NCBI GenBank assembly: GCA_030141605.1
Contig: JAQGDQ010000352.1
Location: 124,001 to 188,000, forward strand
Direction: 5' to 3'
Length of the DNA stretch: 64,000 bases
From: Tubiluchus corallicola
Taxonomy: Eukaryota; Animalia; Priapulida
In this document: one piece after another, positions 1 to 12,600 of the stretch
How positions within the stretch are numbered: the stretch's first letter is position 1
Layout of the letters: each line of letters begins with the position of its first letter
Program-made: the position numbers and the translations under genes
Notes under the pieces: model-generated
Databases searched by the model: none
Told to the model about the DNA's origin: nothing
The model's input: only the letters and a program-made list of their open reading frames with translations

Positions 1-1127
1 AAAGTCCAAAGAACTTGTTAGTTCCTTGTTAACAAACTTATGAAAAGATTCCAATGGACAGAGTTTCTGCTTCGTTAAATCATTAATGCAAAATTTTAAC
101 TTCTCCGTCAGATTGTTACCATTAGTGATGATACGGATGAAAAATTGTCCATCTTTCTGTAACAGCTCAATAACAATACGCGTGGCATATCCCGGCCTGA
201 CTCCATCGAATATCCCTAGCGCTGTAAGAAACAGTGTAATGGTAACATCGTGACCAGAGTACACCACGACCTTGTACTGTCCTGCTCCTGTCCGGTAACT
301 TTCCATCCTCTGCGAAATTTCTCGAAACAGTCCGTAAAGTTTGTATGCCGCGTAATTCGGAAAGGTGTCTCCATTAAGCGCATTTTTGTTCTCTTGAGTC
401 TGGAACTTGAGCAGTCGGTCGAGGTCGTATTCGGTTGCACATTTTCCATTGCTGCATGGTAGATCTGCACCATGGCAATAGTAACCCATCATTACATCGA
501 TTAAGCCCAACACGCTAGCAGGATCAGCTAGGCCAAAAATATGTGAAAGCCTCTTTACGAGATTGTACGCCTCCTTGTTCGCATGTAGCCGCTTCCGTTT
601 CTCTGACTTGTGCAGTGCCTTGTATCGCTCTGCAGCAGCGCAAGTGCACTCCGGTCCGCCCGTCTGGCAGAAGCTCTTTTCCGATGCAGTAACTTTAGTA
701 ACATCGACTCCCGGCAGAAAAGTGTGCATGAGAGCAATGACACTCTGAAAGGTTCGCTGTGTTTTTGTTGTTTTCAACAAAACAGCTTGCATGCCTTTCC
801 CTTTTAAATTCAACTTCTCGTAGTACCGCTTGTGGAAGAAAGCTCCATTTCTTAAATGCTGTAAGATACCGATATAAGTCAGTTTCATGGATTTGCACTC
901 AGCTGACGATGGCACAAAACCAAATTTGTGAAATTCACGCATACCAGACGGCATCTTAACAACTTTCATTTGTTCCACATACTTTTCGAGTAACTGGTAA
1001 GATTCTTCCGCTGGATTCACATCGCACACAATTTTACCAGCTTTCCGGCCAAGCCCCACAGATCCACGGTCACCATGACGAATGAGAATGTGCACAGTCT
1101 CTAGTGTATAGCCATCCAGAATCTCTC
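1..1127 (-). CDS. PXYLP1: PXYLP1-like large catalytic exon (partial, continues past window edge)
   Basis: tttcatag| acceptor; open frame to position 1 containing the RHGDR and SGHD histidine-phosphatase motifs. Confidence 0.92.
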
Positions 1128-3040
1128 CTATGAAAACGAAAGAAGCAACGTAAATATAAAAAATTTCTGGCAAAGAAATGCGAGAATCTATTTCGGCAAA
1201 TTAAATACCTCAATGCTATCTAACAAGATCTGCCTAGCACAATCACATCAGTCTCACATCATTATGAAAGTTTGTGGTAATGTCCAAAGCATATTGTTTA
1301 AACAGTAGATGAAAATATAAACCTGTGCAAAAATCATACTCTCTAAAAAGGACACACGTCATATAAGCTTTAACAAACGCAACAAGTTTAAGTGAACTAA
1401 GGTATTAAAAACTGGCCATTAATGCAATGAAAAATGCAGAAGCAAAATCAGCAGAACCCCAATGTGGGGGCTCTAAGACTACTTGCATAGTTGCTGGCAG
1501 GCTTGGGTCGGTCCACACATTATGCAGGAAATGTTTGCAGCTTTTAGCAAAGTATACCACAAGTTGAAGGTGAGACCATTATCACCGAGAAGTTAGTCAT
1601 TTCAGTTACTTCATTAAATTCCTTTAAAAGCATAGCAGTGCTAGTCTTAATTTTAAGAACTAATCATGTACAATGCAATTCCAAAAGCAGCTTTTATCTG
1701 AAAGCCAGATGGCCTGTTTCAAGCAAATAAAAATAATGTTTTACATGTAAAAATATATTTATTACCTACCTTCACTTCCAGAAATTGGCATATTGACAAA
1801 GTTGCAGTATTGATCAGCCATACTTGAAGACATGAAAATTTCTGCGGTTTTTAAGAAAGCCACATTGTCGCCTTCTCTACCTAAAATAGACAACACTACG
1901 AGTTACCAGACAGAAGCAGAAGTGATCTCAAACAATACATGCATACATGCAATGGTTGATTACAACTTTGATGTTTTTTAAAAGTTGCGTTATTTCCCTA
2001 TAATCATAAAAACAAATTAGTGCTATTCCGTATGGCAAACGCAATTCCCAATCATGATAAGAGTTGTTTGTAGACGAAGGTATGTTTTAAAAGTTAACTT
2101 AAACAGTTCACTTGCAAAGCACAATTAAAACAGAATGGAAGAATCGAGTAACAGGAGAAATGGTTTTAATATTCAAGTAGTACTACTACACGATTAAAAA
2201 GAAATACAATTAGTAGAGCAGCCACATTCGATTTAGACCATGTGGTATAGTTCAATGGTAGCATGCTCACTCCCCACCCAGGAGGATGTGGGTTCAATTC
2301 AGGACCGAGTCATACCAAAGACTTAAAAATGGTACCATTGGTTCTTTGACCAAACACGTCGGTTTATCGAAGTAATATGCAGTAATAATAATCGGAGTCA
2401 CCTTGGAAATTAGTATTGAGTTATTTAAGGTGTTATACCTAGCCTATGTCCCAAATAGAATTATTATTAGTATTATATTTGGTGTTTCAATCTGTCACAC
2501 CCACACCACGATAAACATCAAAATAAGACAAAAAGACAAACACATCACTTTCGCCTAAGTAAGCCCCATTCAGCATTTACCGCAGAACAAATGTTAAGGT
2601 AAACTTGTTAGCTAAACCATCCACCAATGTGTAATGGATCCAGTTGTAGAACATTGTGCACAGCATTACTTGTATTAGACAGGCACACTCTGTCAGGACC
2701 TTCAAGCCCACCATTTCCATAACTTTTCTTGAGACATCGTTTGGTAGACTTAACTGGTTTCAGTCCTTTGAATAAAAATATGTTTATATTAAAGTGTTGC
2801 TAAAAATACTAATTAGAAAAATAATAAAATAGGCCTATTTTGCAAATTATAAAGTACATATAGCTGATAACTGTATAAGTATACACGGAGTTACAACAAA
2901 GATCAAACTTCATAAAATATCTAAATCTGCACATAGAAGTTATTAGTACATTTCGTTGGATATTTACCACATAAAGCTAAGCTAATTGTACAGTATAAGA
3001 TGGCAAAACATAAGGCTCTTTTATGACTTGAGATTTCCAT
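1..3040 (-). CDS. PXYLP1: 2-phosphoxylose phosphatase 1-like histidine acid phosphatase (whole model, 3' end outside window); exons 3040-2968, 1880-1770, 1127-<1
   Basis: Manual translation gives an N-terminal type II anchor (MEISSHKRALCFAILYCTISLALC), QYCNFVNMPISGSEG, the catalytic HILIRHGDR motif, RTFQS and VYSGHDVT. Introns are GT-AG with matching phase 1. No stop occurs before position 1. Confidence 0.88.
1770..1880 (-). CDS. PXYLP1: PXYLP1-like internal exon
   Basis: ttttag| acceptor and AG|GTAGGT donor; 111 nt encoding REGDNVAFLK...YCNFVNMPISGSEG. Confidence 0.85.
2239..2365 (+). mobile_element. tRNA-derived SINE (degenerate)
   Basis: A-box-like TAGTTCAATGG and B-box GGTTCAATTC, followed by the central domain GTCATACCAAAGACTTAAAAATGGTACC. 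From memory this resembles the Meta-SINE core (unverified). Confidence 0.65.
2968..3040 (-). CDS. PXYLP1: PXYLP1-like first coding exon (signal anchor)
   Basis: ATG at 3040, 24 codons + 1 nt, donor G|GTAAAT; hydrophobic stretch; phase fits the next exon. Confidence 0.7.
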
Positions 3041-3409
3041 TCTTTAGTTTTAGTTGATACGTATAGAACGTTAATCATCAATAAAAATGCTATCACAACT
3101 TCAGGGATGATGTGCTTCTGTCGGAATCTGTCTCAGCACGTCATAACTAGGCGAACTGCAAAAAACACAAATCACAAAATTATGTTATTAGAAAGCCTAA
3201 CTTCCATAAGTTATACATTATATATGATAGTATAAAACACTAAGTCTTATAAATACAAAAAGCTGAAATAAAAAATTACCTCAACAATAACAATTTGTAC
3301 CAGTCAGTCTGTCCTACCCAATACAACTGAGTGCTTCCGTGTCTCTGCAGTCTGAGCCCTATGTCAAAAGTCATTAACAGTAGACAATACGTACTTTCTT
3401 GAACTTAAC

Positions 3410-3540
3410 AGGTCGACGACTCGTCGAACGCCATGACTACGGCGTCAGTGACTGTCACGTGTCCAAACAGAAGTTTAGCAACGGATTCTAGTCCTAGATG
3501 GCGCTATGTCAAGACGGTCTTTTACTGCATCGTGTACGTA
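3410..3540. promoter_or_regulatory. Putative bidirectional promoter between PXYLP1 and OSTC
   Basis: CpG-enriched patch between divergent genes. GGCGTCA (3441-3447), GTCACGTG E-box (3454-3461), CTAGATGGCGC (3494-3504). Outward-facing donor-like sites at 3279 (minus) and 3534 (plus). Confidence 0.55.
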
Positions 3541-5633
3541 CAACGTGTACTGTTTTTGGTTTGACATACTATTAAGTGTAAAATTTACCAATTTGCTGCC
3601 AAATTTTTTTCTCCGACACTTTGCAAAAAGTTTAAGCAACACGTTTTGTTTAAATGAAGTGACGCATACAAGCATACTTAATTTAACTTGGCTAAGATGA
3701 GATTCTTGCATAGTTGCAAGTTATGTTTATGCAGTTTTGTTGGTACACTGCAAGCCGGAAAAGACTCAACGGCAGAGCCTATATTGTGAAAATAGCCGTT
3801 CAGCCTATAGATATATAGCTTATGAATATTAGACTATTTTATGAATATAGCCATTTATGAAGAATTGGCTACAGTTATGGTGTTACCAGAACCAGAAATG
3901 GCTATTAAGTGTAGTCCTGTTACAGAAGGCAGAACCGTCTTTGCTACATTTATATGCCTATCAACTTTTCGTCAACGAAGTAGATTACGAAGTTAAAACC
4001 GCCCAATGTATTTATTCCTATTTAATAAGCAAATTCAACATTGATTGCTTCAGTTGTCAAGCACATATATGAAAATCCTACTATTCTCTGCATTTTTTGC
4101 TCGTTTTAGCTTCGTATCAGATGTCCTCAGCTGAGCATTAGCTTTACAGCAGGTTTCCATACTTCAGCCAACCCTGTATGTAGCTTTTATGCCATTTTAT
4201 TATTTGTTAATGTTTATAAAAATATCTTAGTAAAGCCATCTGCAGTATTTTTTCTCATTTGTACAACATTTTAAATTGTAATTTTTTTACATCTGCATAT
4301 TATCGTCTATAATATTTTTGGGTGCAGCTCACATTGAACACATCAGATTGTAAAGTGACTAACAGGAAACACTAGAAATGCACAGGTTTAAGTGACCAAA
4401 ACAAACAATTTTATTGAAAGTTTCATAGCACCAGACTCATCAGCTTAAGGTGGTAAGGTCACAGTTAACTACAACAGGGAAGCCCGGATTGGGCAGGGAG
4501 GCTAACAGTTCGTTCTAATGAAAGAAAGTATGAAGTAAACTTAATTGATCTGAGTCACAGAATGTGGCAGCACCCTGAAACATTTTCTTTAACTGGTTAG
4601 TTGATTTATAGGTGGTGCCAATAGCAAACTATCAATAATTTAATTTCCATTATAGAACATAGGTGACACTACCGAGTTACTGTAAGCATCTATATGCTAG
4701 CATACATTCATGCAAGAAGTGCTTGATATTTATAGAGATGAAGTCAGCTTTTACATGGCCAAGCATAAATGGTCACACCCACACAGATAAACATTTTTGG
4801 TTTAAATACATTTGACTGGCTGGCTCTTCAAGAAGCCAGTAATCAAAATAATTACAACATTCCGAGCAAATTATGTCTGCCAAAATATTATACTTAACGT
4901 ATCATTTTAAGCAGAGCATCGTGTGTAGAATGTCATATAATCATTATCATAGACATTAACCATTAATGTATCCGTAAACAAATATTCATCATCAGATAAC
5001 CATTATAATTATTATTATATTACTATATTAGTCTCTTTTGAATACCTTAGCCATATTTTGTAACTTAGTTCCATAAAGTGTTGTTTGTTTAAGATGAAGG
5101 TTCAAAATTTTATTGCCAGTTAACATAAAATTCTGTTGTGACCCGAGATTTCTATTTATTGAGCTGATACACAGCCAGTTCACTCTTTAACAGAACTCCC
5201 TTCGCCAATCAATTTAACATCATATATCAGATATACTAACCATCATAATAATCATAATAACTAATCATCAACTTGAGTCAGGATTTCTTCCAATACATAA
5301 ATAATGCATCTGTTACATGTATCTGCCCAGGCTCAAAAGAGTACAAGAATGTGTTTTTTGTTTGCGGGTTATTTATGTGTTGCAAGTTATTTTAAATATT
5401 TTCACTGTTTTTGGGAGCTAATTAGTATCAGTAAATGCCCATGCTAATAACTGTATCTCCTTAAGCCAGAAATTTGAAAATTTCTACAACAAGAATTTTG
5501 TTTTTTCTCGGCCAACAATAGAGAAGTTCAATAATTGCCAAAGACCCTAAAACAAAAAAATCAAAAAAACAAAGTACTCCTAGTTCTAAAAATAAAAATA
5601 ATGTATCTAAAACAAAAATTTCTGTTTTATAGG

Positions 5634-5772
5634 ATGGATTCGCTTTATCAGATTCCGTTTACTGTACTGGAACTTCCACATCTGAGATTAAAGAAGCCAT
5701 CATGGTTAAAAACTCCATCTCCAATGTTTGTGTTTGCCGTTGTGCTGGCTTCGTATTTCTTAATAACTGGAG
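5634..5772 (+). CDS. OSTC: OSTC coding exon 1
   Basis: ttttatag|gATG start; G|GTACGT donor; 139 nt. Confidence 0.95.
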
Positions 5773-7896
5773 GTACGTATTGTATAGGGTATTTCAAAAG
5801 AAACAGTGCAGTGTAAGGATGACAGATGCGACAAAATGAATCTGGACTTCTTTTTTCCCTTCCATTTAACTTCATATATGATCATACTTACTGGATTTCA
5901 TGTGTGTAATAATCGATTATTCGTGCACATCACTAGCATGCACTGTACACCTTACTTGTTCGTAAGCTAATTCGCAGCTACAATTATAATTATAATTGCT
6001 AATTATAAGGGTCAGTCTAAGAAAGATTTGAGGTTTCTATTATGCAAAAAGGAAGGAGACGGTACCGAGCATCTGTTTCATTGTGATATGGTTAAAAAAT
6101 ATGCCAAATCAAGAAAGACATTTCCAAGAAATGATCAAGTCAGATGACCCTAAGGAGCTGAGGAAATTGCTAGAAACAGTGCAGCTGGTAATGGACACAA
6201 AAAAAAAGAAGACTGGAGATAAAGCTGCAAAAAGAATAAAGGAAAATAGATTAAAGTATAGTCACGTTACTTGTGTCTCACAGCGGGACATTACTCTTTA
6301 GTGCTTACTTGATTACCTGTCAGGTAGTGTGGACACCGAGGAAACAACGAAACATAGAAATTTGGCTTTAATTATGGCTGTTGACCAATTTCTTTTTTGT
6401 TAATTATTTTGATGTTTATGTTTATTGTCTAGCATTTTTAACACCTTTCCTTAATTTATAGGTATTATTTATGATGTGATAGTAGAACCACCTAGCATAG
6501 GGTCAACTACGGATGAACATGGTCACTCTAAACCAGTACGTCTTATTTTTGTTTTTTATAATTCATGATTGCAAAAGTTTCCGATGTGTTCATATGTTTT
6601 GATCTTGTTGTTTAATATGTCTGTTTTTATTATTTAGTGTGTAGAATGATTGTGTAATTTAACTGCAAGTAAATAGGTATTTTTTCTGCAACAAAATTAC
6701 AAACGTGAACTATTAAATGTCAACATTTAATTAGTGTAATTGTGAACATTAGGGTAACGTTTGATTTTGTCTTGAAAACAATATGTTATCAAAGCCTGCG
6801 GTTATTATGTTACTCGTGTAGCTTTGATCTTGTATAATTATTTTAATTGTTATAATCATTATCATACTGATGTGTTTATTTGAAGAAAAAATAAAAACTA
6901 GTTCTGAGCACTGGATTTCTATGTTATATTCAGATTTTATAGTTTATTATTTATTTATATATATATTATATATTAAAGAATGTATATTGCTCAATATAAA
7001 TAGTAAAAAGTTACAAAACTCACTGTATTTATCAATCACAAACAACATTTTAAACAATTTTTTATTGTTCTTTAAAACACTGCAATAAAATTTTTATTGT
7101 TCTTCATACCCGTTGAATATTTTTTATTGTTATAATAATTCTGTATTTTTAACTTATGGGCTTCCTGTATTTAGTTGCTCTACAGCACTTACCTAAATGT
7201 TAGCCACCGCACTAATACGTAAACTGTTTCTTATTGTCTTCGCTATTTTTTGTAGGTTGCCTTTATGCCTTATAGAATAAATGGACAGTACATAATGGAG
7301 GGGCTTGCTTCTAGTTTTCTATTCGTAATGGGTGGACTTGGCTTTGTCATCTTAGACAAAACAAACGAACCAAATACGCCTAAATTAAACAGAATTTTAC
7401 TGCTGTTCCTCGGCTTTCTCTTTGTGCTGCTGTCATTCTTCATGTGTCGGGTGTTCATGCGGATGAAATTACCGTAAGTATCTAGACTTCAATTCCCATT
7501 GAGAGTACGTAGGGATGGCACAGTCTTTCGCATTATTTTTTGTCATTCAGTACAGTCATGTAAGTTGTAAATAAGCATTTGCTTAACCATGCTTACATGA
7601 AGGCAAACATGTTAAAAAGAATTATTAAATGAAGCCATAGTTTTTTTCGGATGCTTTTGAGTAACAGAAATCAGTAATGCTTGGCTTGTATAGATTAAAA
7701 AATTAAACATTTTACGTGTTTTTAATTGCCTAGATTTTTTATGCAGAAAAATAACTTGTTATTGAATTCGTAATGTGACTGCATAAAGGTACAAGTAACT
7801 TTGGGGCTATTTCTTGCTAATCGGCCTGCAGATATAATTTATGAGATGCTTAATTGTTTTTTTTCTGTATTTTGCAGAGGTTACATGGCTTCATAG
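5634..7896 (+). CDS. OSTC: Oligosaccharyltransferase complex subunit OSTC (DC2), 149 aa; exons 5634-5772, 6462-6535, 7256-7473, 7878-7896
   Basis: Spliced product [24 protein letters not shown]...[54 protein letters not shown]...FMRMKLPGYMAS*. 450 nt, all introns GT-AG. Confidence 0.97.
6020..6260 (+). mobile_element. Decayed LINE ORF2 3' end (CCHC knuckle remnant)
   Basis: One frame reads [17 protein letters not shown], followed by frameshifted lysine-rich sequence; lies in OSTC intron 1. Confidence 0.45.
6462..6535 (+). CDS. OSTC: OSTC coding exon 2
   Basis: tttatag| acceptor; [24 protein letters not shown]; |GTACGT donor. Confidence 0.95.
7256..7473 (+). CDS. OSTC: OSTC coding exon 3
   Basis: tttgtag| acceptor; [20 protein letters not shown]...MRMKL; |GTAAGT donor. 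Confidence 0.95.
7878..7896 (+). CDS. OSTC: OSTC last coding exon
   Basis: tttgcag|A GGT TAC ATG GCT TCA TAG completes LPGYMAS*; AATAAA at 8023-8028. Confidence 0.9.
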
Positions 7897-8329
7897 CACA
7901 AAGATTTTACATAACCCAGAAACCGATCTTTGATGTCAATTGGTGTTGCATTATCAAGAACAGGCGATAGAGGAAAGAGATACATTGGTGTAAGGCTCAG
8001 ATTGTAAAAAAAAATTTTATACAATAAATAATTCATATTATATTTCGTATAATAGCTTTTAGTATGATTTTTACATAGAATGCGCATCTCGTGCAGGTTA
8101 CACCTGCGCTTTTTTAATGATTTATGCTGTTTATATATGTAGTTGTAGTAGCAGTAGCAGCAACAGGAGCAAGAGCAGGAGTAGTAGTAGTAGTATTAGT
8201 AGTGGTAATAGTATATTTATTTCGTGTAATTCAAAGATCTATAGAAGTTCATAGTACAACAAACATTATGCACAAAAACCTCAGTGGCACACAATCATAC
8301 AATAACTATATTAACTAGATTATCTGTAA

Positions 8330-8960
8330 TCAAAATATTCCGACAAATAACTAGGTGAGGGTGTAGTAGAAACTTTAGGATTAAAATTTAAGGGATCAAT
8401 CACTATAATGTCTGTCTAGCCATGCTTTGAACTGATCTTGCAGCTTTACGTAAAATGGTAGGACATTCCAAACCTCAGGTATTTTACATAGGTAGATGTC
8501 ACTATATTCAGTTCTATAACACATTCTCGGTTTATAAGGAATAGGTCCTTCTCGCACAGATCGAGCCTAAACTAGCTGAATAGGACAAGAGCTCACATCA
8601 GAAGCAGAATAACTATCAATTGGCCTTGTAGCCGATTATATCTTAGAGTAATTAGACCACACTTTTCAAGCTGCTCAGGGTAGGTTAATTTCTCTAGACA
8701 AAGTACTTCCCATACATAACTAGATACTCGAGTATGTGCATATGCAAGACATTCCCATTTGATAATTAAATAGTTCTCAGTTCTGCATGCTTACAAGTGG
8801 CTAATATTTCAGCAAACATCCAGTAGATACATACTTAATAGATGCTAATTTGCTATTAAATGTTTTAAATTTATTCGCACTTGATATACAAAATACGAAA
8901 GTAACAGCACTAAATGCAAAAGTTGAGGTAATGAATTTTATGTATCAGGTTGGCTATAGG
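8330..8960 (-). mobile_element. Decayed CR1/L2-type LINE 3' fragment
   Basis: Minus frame reads LEKLTYPEQLEKCGLITLRYNRLQGQLI, matching the CR1 L.Y.ERL..LGL.TL..RRLRGDLI pattern; many stops elsewhere. Confidence 0.6.
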
Positions 8961-9167
8961 ATGTCCATTTAGACGAGATTCGTGGGAAAATCATGATGGG
9001 TAATGCAAGAAAATATGGGAATCCCAGTCGGCATTCATATAATTATGCAGCAACAGAAATTTTTTTATGATTTCACAAATCAAGTTAAAGCTCACACTGG
9101 TTAAACCTCAAATGCAAAGACATGTCAGACAAGAATAGATTCCAAAAAAAGTCAAGAATGCACTCCT

Positions 9168-9415
9168 TTTCAACACAGCATGTTTTATCTAAAGCCAAAA
9201 GGATTATTTCGATTGAATGCAATGATGATCCAATCATTCGAACAGTTGACTGCTTGGGTCCACTGCAGTGCGTAACTTATAACATCATTATCCACTGTGT
9301 TGCACTCCTGCTCAACAAAGCATGTTTTATCTGAAATCAGAAGGACTATTTTACACTCGTACTCTGATGATCCAATCATTCGAACCTTGACTGCTTGAGT
9401 TCTATAACATTACCA
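9168..9415. repeat. Diverged tandem duplication, ~142-bp period
   Basis: AGCATGTTTTATCT and TGATGATCCAATCATTCGAAC..TTGACTGCTTG each occur twice. Confidence 0.8.
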
Positions 9416-9458
9416 TGCGAATGATAGCAGTACCAGTGCTATTGAGTGACACAAATGG

Positions 9459-9606
9459 TCATGTCAATGGCATGTAATTGGGATCTAAATAATTGTGAGT
9501 AGCGTAGTTAAAGTCCATATATTCCGGATCGATCCCTGACGACATGATGGGATTACTCAAGGCGTGTAGCGAGTGCTCCTTTTTGTGGAAGTCCGTCTCA
9601 ATATTG
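9459..9606 (-). CDS. ZZZ3: ZZZ3 last exon
   Basis: ttgcag| acceptor; [13 protein letters not shown]...[12 protein letters not shown]. Confidence 0.92.
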
Positions 9607-12600
9607 CTGCAATAAAAAGTAACGCATTTGTTAAATGGACAATGATTTACTTCTTGTTACCAGTTATTAAAAGCAAAATAGCCTCAAGATGGAAACTAAA
9701 TTTAAAATAATTTCTAATGCTAGTTAGCAGCACTGGTACTCATTTGGATGGCTTCCATTAGTATTGGAATTCTTAGTAATTAAAAGAATTATAGGTAGTC
9801 GTCAATTTACCGCCACATTTGGTTTCGGCTGATTGGCCGTAAGACATCATAATAGTTTTCACATTAATGCAACGTAAGATTTTTTAATATCTAAGCAAAA
9901 ACTTAGAATGGCTGTAACTTTATATAAGTTAAAAATTTGCAAGCCAAATAACCAAAAGCCTAAAATTTTGTTCTTGCAGTTCAGCATGTATCTCCTAAAG
10001 GACAGTAGCTAAGCTGTGATTTTTTCAATATGGCAGTTGGTCTCTCTGACCCAAAAGATGCTATTGAAAAATTGCCCTTTCAGAATTGTTTTCCTCATTT
10101 TCGCGAGCAGCTGTGATTTTTTGTGACAATAAGATTAACTGGCTCAAACATTTGCGGGAAACAAAATTTTTATTAGTATAAAGGATTTTTTCTAGCTGAA
10201 ACTGCAACTTTACAATCGAGCAAAAAACATGACAATGCTAACAAAGTGTAGCATGAAGGTCCATACGATCCAGGGGCATAGCCAGCTTCTAAAGTTAGAA
10301 GGAGCAAGCACATAAAAAAGGCGCTGTGACACACACCAAACAATTTTTAACTCATTGATTATAGATTTTAAAATCAGAACACGAGGAAGATACAGTTTTA
10401 CAGGAAGTACATAATTGTTATTTTGTATTTAACATTAAAACGCAATGAAAGTTTTTCTCCATAGCATTCCTTAACAGAAAAAACTACCATAGTATGATTG
10501 CTTTTCTAAACAATCTTAGCAACAGACATGATATAACACCCTAATGAAACGTAAAGACACTAAAACTTGCCTTTTAAATATATAATTGACAGTAGACTTA
10601 CTACTAGACGATCATGTGACAAGAATATATTATAATAATTTGATCTGGGGCAATTTGGCCCTTGGTTCAATCAGTCAGCCTTGTGTAAAAGCACGCTCAC
10701 TTCAAAAACACAGAAGGCAAGCTAGTCAAATAAAGTGATGACTCCATTGAAGAAAAGGTGCCAATTTTGAAAAATGTGTTCAGGGGAGCGATTGTTCCCC
10801 TTATTCTCTTATTAGCTACACCACTGATACAATCTGTCCACTAATTGAAGCTGTCAGCCTGTTTTGCTCAATGGGTGTGGTGCAGAAGTTTGCTACAAAA
10901 GAAACAAGAATTCCATTACCGGCTGGCACAGGTCCCGCAAAAATCGGTGGAGAAATCTTCAGGGCAGTCGTCACAATGCCATCGTATTCCAGTGATTGGT
11001 TCAGCTTGGCAACCATCACACTAAAGCACAACATTTCCTGTTAAAATGCACTCATAATTCATAGGTTGATACAGAAGTATACTTGTTTAGAAGTAGGTAA
11101 GTAAGTAAGGAAGTAAGTATCTTTATTTATCACCTTTTTAAAGAAAAAAACAGTGCATAAAACGATGATATGATGCAATGTAACAAAATTATTATGATGG
11201 TTAGTATATCCGAGATATGATGTTAAATTGATTGGTGAAAGATTGGCAAAGAACTAAAAGTTATCAAGGAAAACCACCCTGTAAGTAATGTTGCTATTAG
11301 TAAATAATTACGTACGCAATCATCAAGAAGAAAATATCAAAATCAATTGTGATAAAAATTTACGTATGGAGCATTACTAACTTATTTGAGCAAATAATAG
11401 AACTGGTTAGTGTACTAAGATTGAACTTCTGAAACTAAGGTTTAAATTTTAATATATGTAATAAGCACATAAGGACATAATAAGCACATACTATCTGCAT
11501 ATACACATACATATACATGTGTAAGACGTTCATGCATATACACACCCACACCCACACACACACACACACACATAATATATTCAGACAAATATGATGCTAC
11601 TGAACCTTACTTATAAAAAGGGCTATTTTCTCATTTCCATTTGCTATCTACTCCACAAAGGATGTTAAGGGATGATTAAGCAATAAAATTTTGAAATATG
11701 AACTAAGGTAAGAAAAATATAAAAAGCAAGAAAGAGTGAGAGAGAGAGCGAGAAAGGGTGAGAGAGAGAGAGAGAAAGAGAGAGAGAGGGAGAGAGAGTA
11801 TCTGTGTGCTTGCATAGCAAAAACGCGCATAAGTCAGCAATCAAGCTTTTCTAGTTATTCAATATCCCGAATCTCCATTTCATGAGGATCATTTTGATAC
11901 CAAGCTCATCGCTCTACGTTATTTCTAACCTGAGATAATCCACGTTGAAGTTGAGGTGCACACTGCACAACAATCAAGAATTCCAAGAATTGAACAACAT
12001 AATCTTGAGAAAATCGATGTTATAGTTAGTCATTGTTTTTTGTTGTATTTCTACAAAGCACTTAGCAGCCGTACAAAATGTTGGTTGCTATAGATGTTGC
12101 AAGAGCACATTGACGTTATGTTTAAATACAGTAGATAGCTCTTCCAGACAAAGAATGGGGCTTGACAACAGAAAAGCTGCAAGCAAAATGGGAGCTACTA
12201 TTAGAGTTTGAAAATACGAGCTTTTCACAATTGCAATAACAAATTTTAGGTAGAGAAAAGTGTAAGGTGGTTTTAGCATTTTTTGAACATTTTTCTAATG
12301 ATTTGATGCTAGAATGTAAAAGTCCTATATGTTTAGCATTTGTTTTTATAGAAGATAAAAAATTGACATTTGACCAAATTTTTGGTGCAGTCTACTTTGA
12401 AGCATCACTATGCTGATTTACGGGCAATTTTGGTTTGCAAGCGCACAATTAGTGTTTACCTTAAATCCTAAATGTTGTGCAACCTTTTGTTCTTTAAGCT
12501 TTTGTTTTCTCATTTGCTTTAATTGCATCAATTCTCTGTACTCTTCAGTATCTTTTAAATCTTCATCAACGTCTTCTTCCTAGGCAGCGTAGTAAAAGAG

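Noticed and set aside
216-959. Short ORFs in the supplied track
   Set aside because: Alternative-frame or antisense shadows of the PXYLP1 catalytic exon.
3133-3144. ATG ACG TGC TGA as a selenocysteine or readthrough start of PXYLP1
   Set aside because: That frame ends at TAG 2977 and is not the PXYLP1 frame; the ATG at 3040 gives a proper anchor and phase. No SECIS is assessable in the window.
9222-9375. C/D box snoRNA (ATGATGA ... CTGA)
   Set aside because: Not intronic on that strand, no terminal stem or evident guide; explained by the local duplication.
10893-10919. 27-nt GT...AG mini-intron after ZZZ3 exon 7
   Set aside because: Too short for a typical spliceosomal intron and would truncate the ZZ finger; the exon at 9606-9459 supplies the conserved C-terminus.
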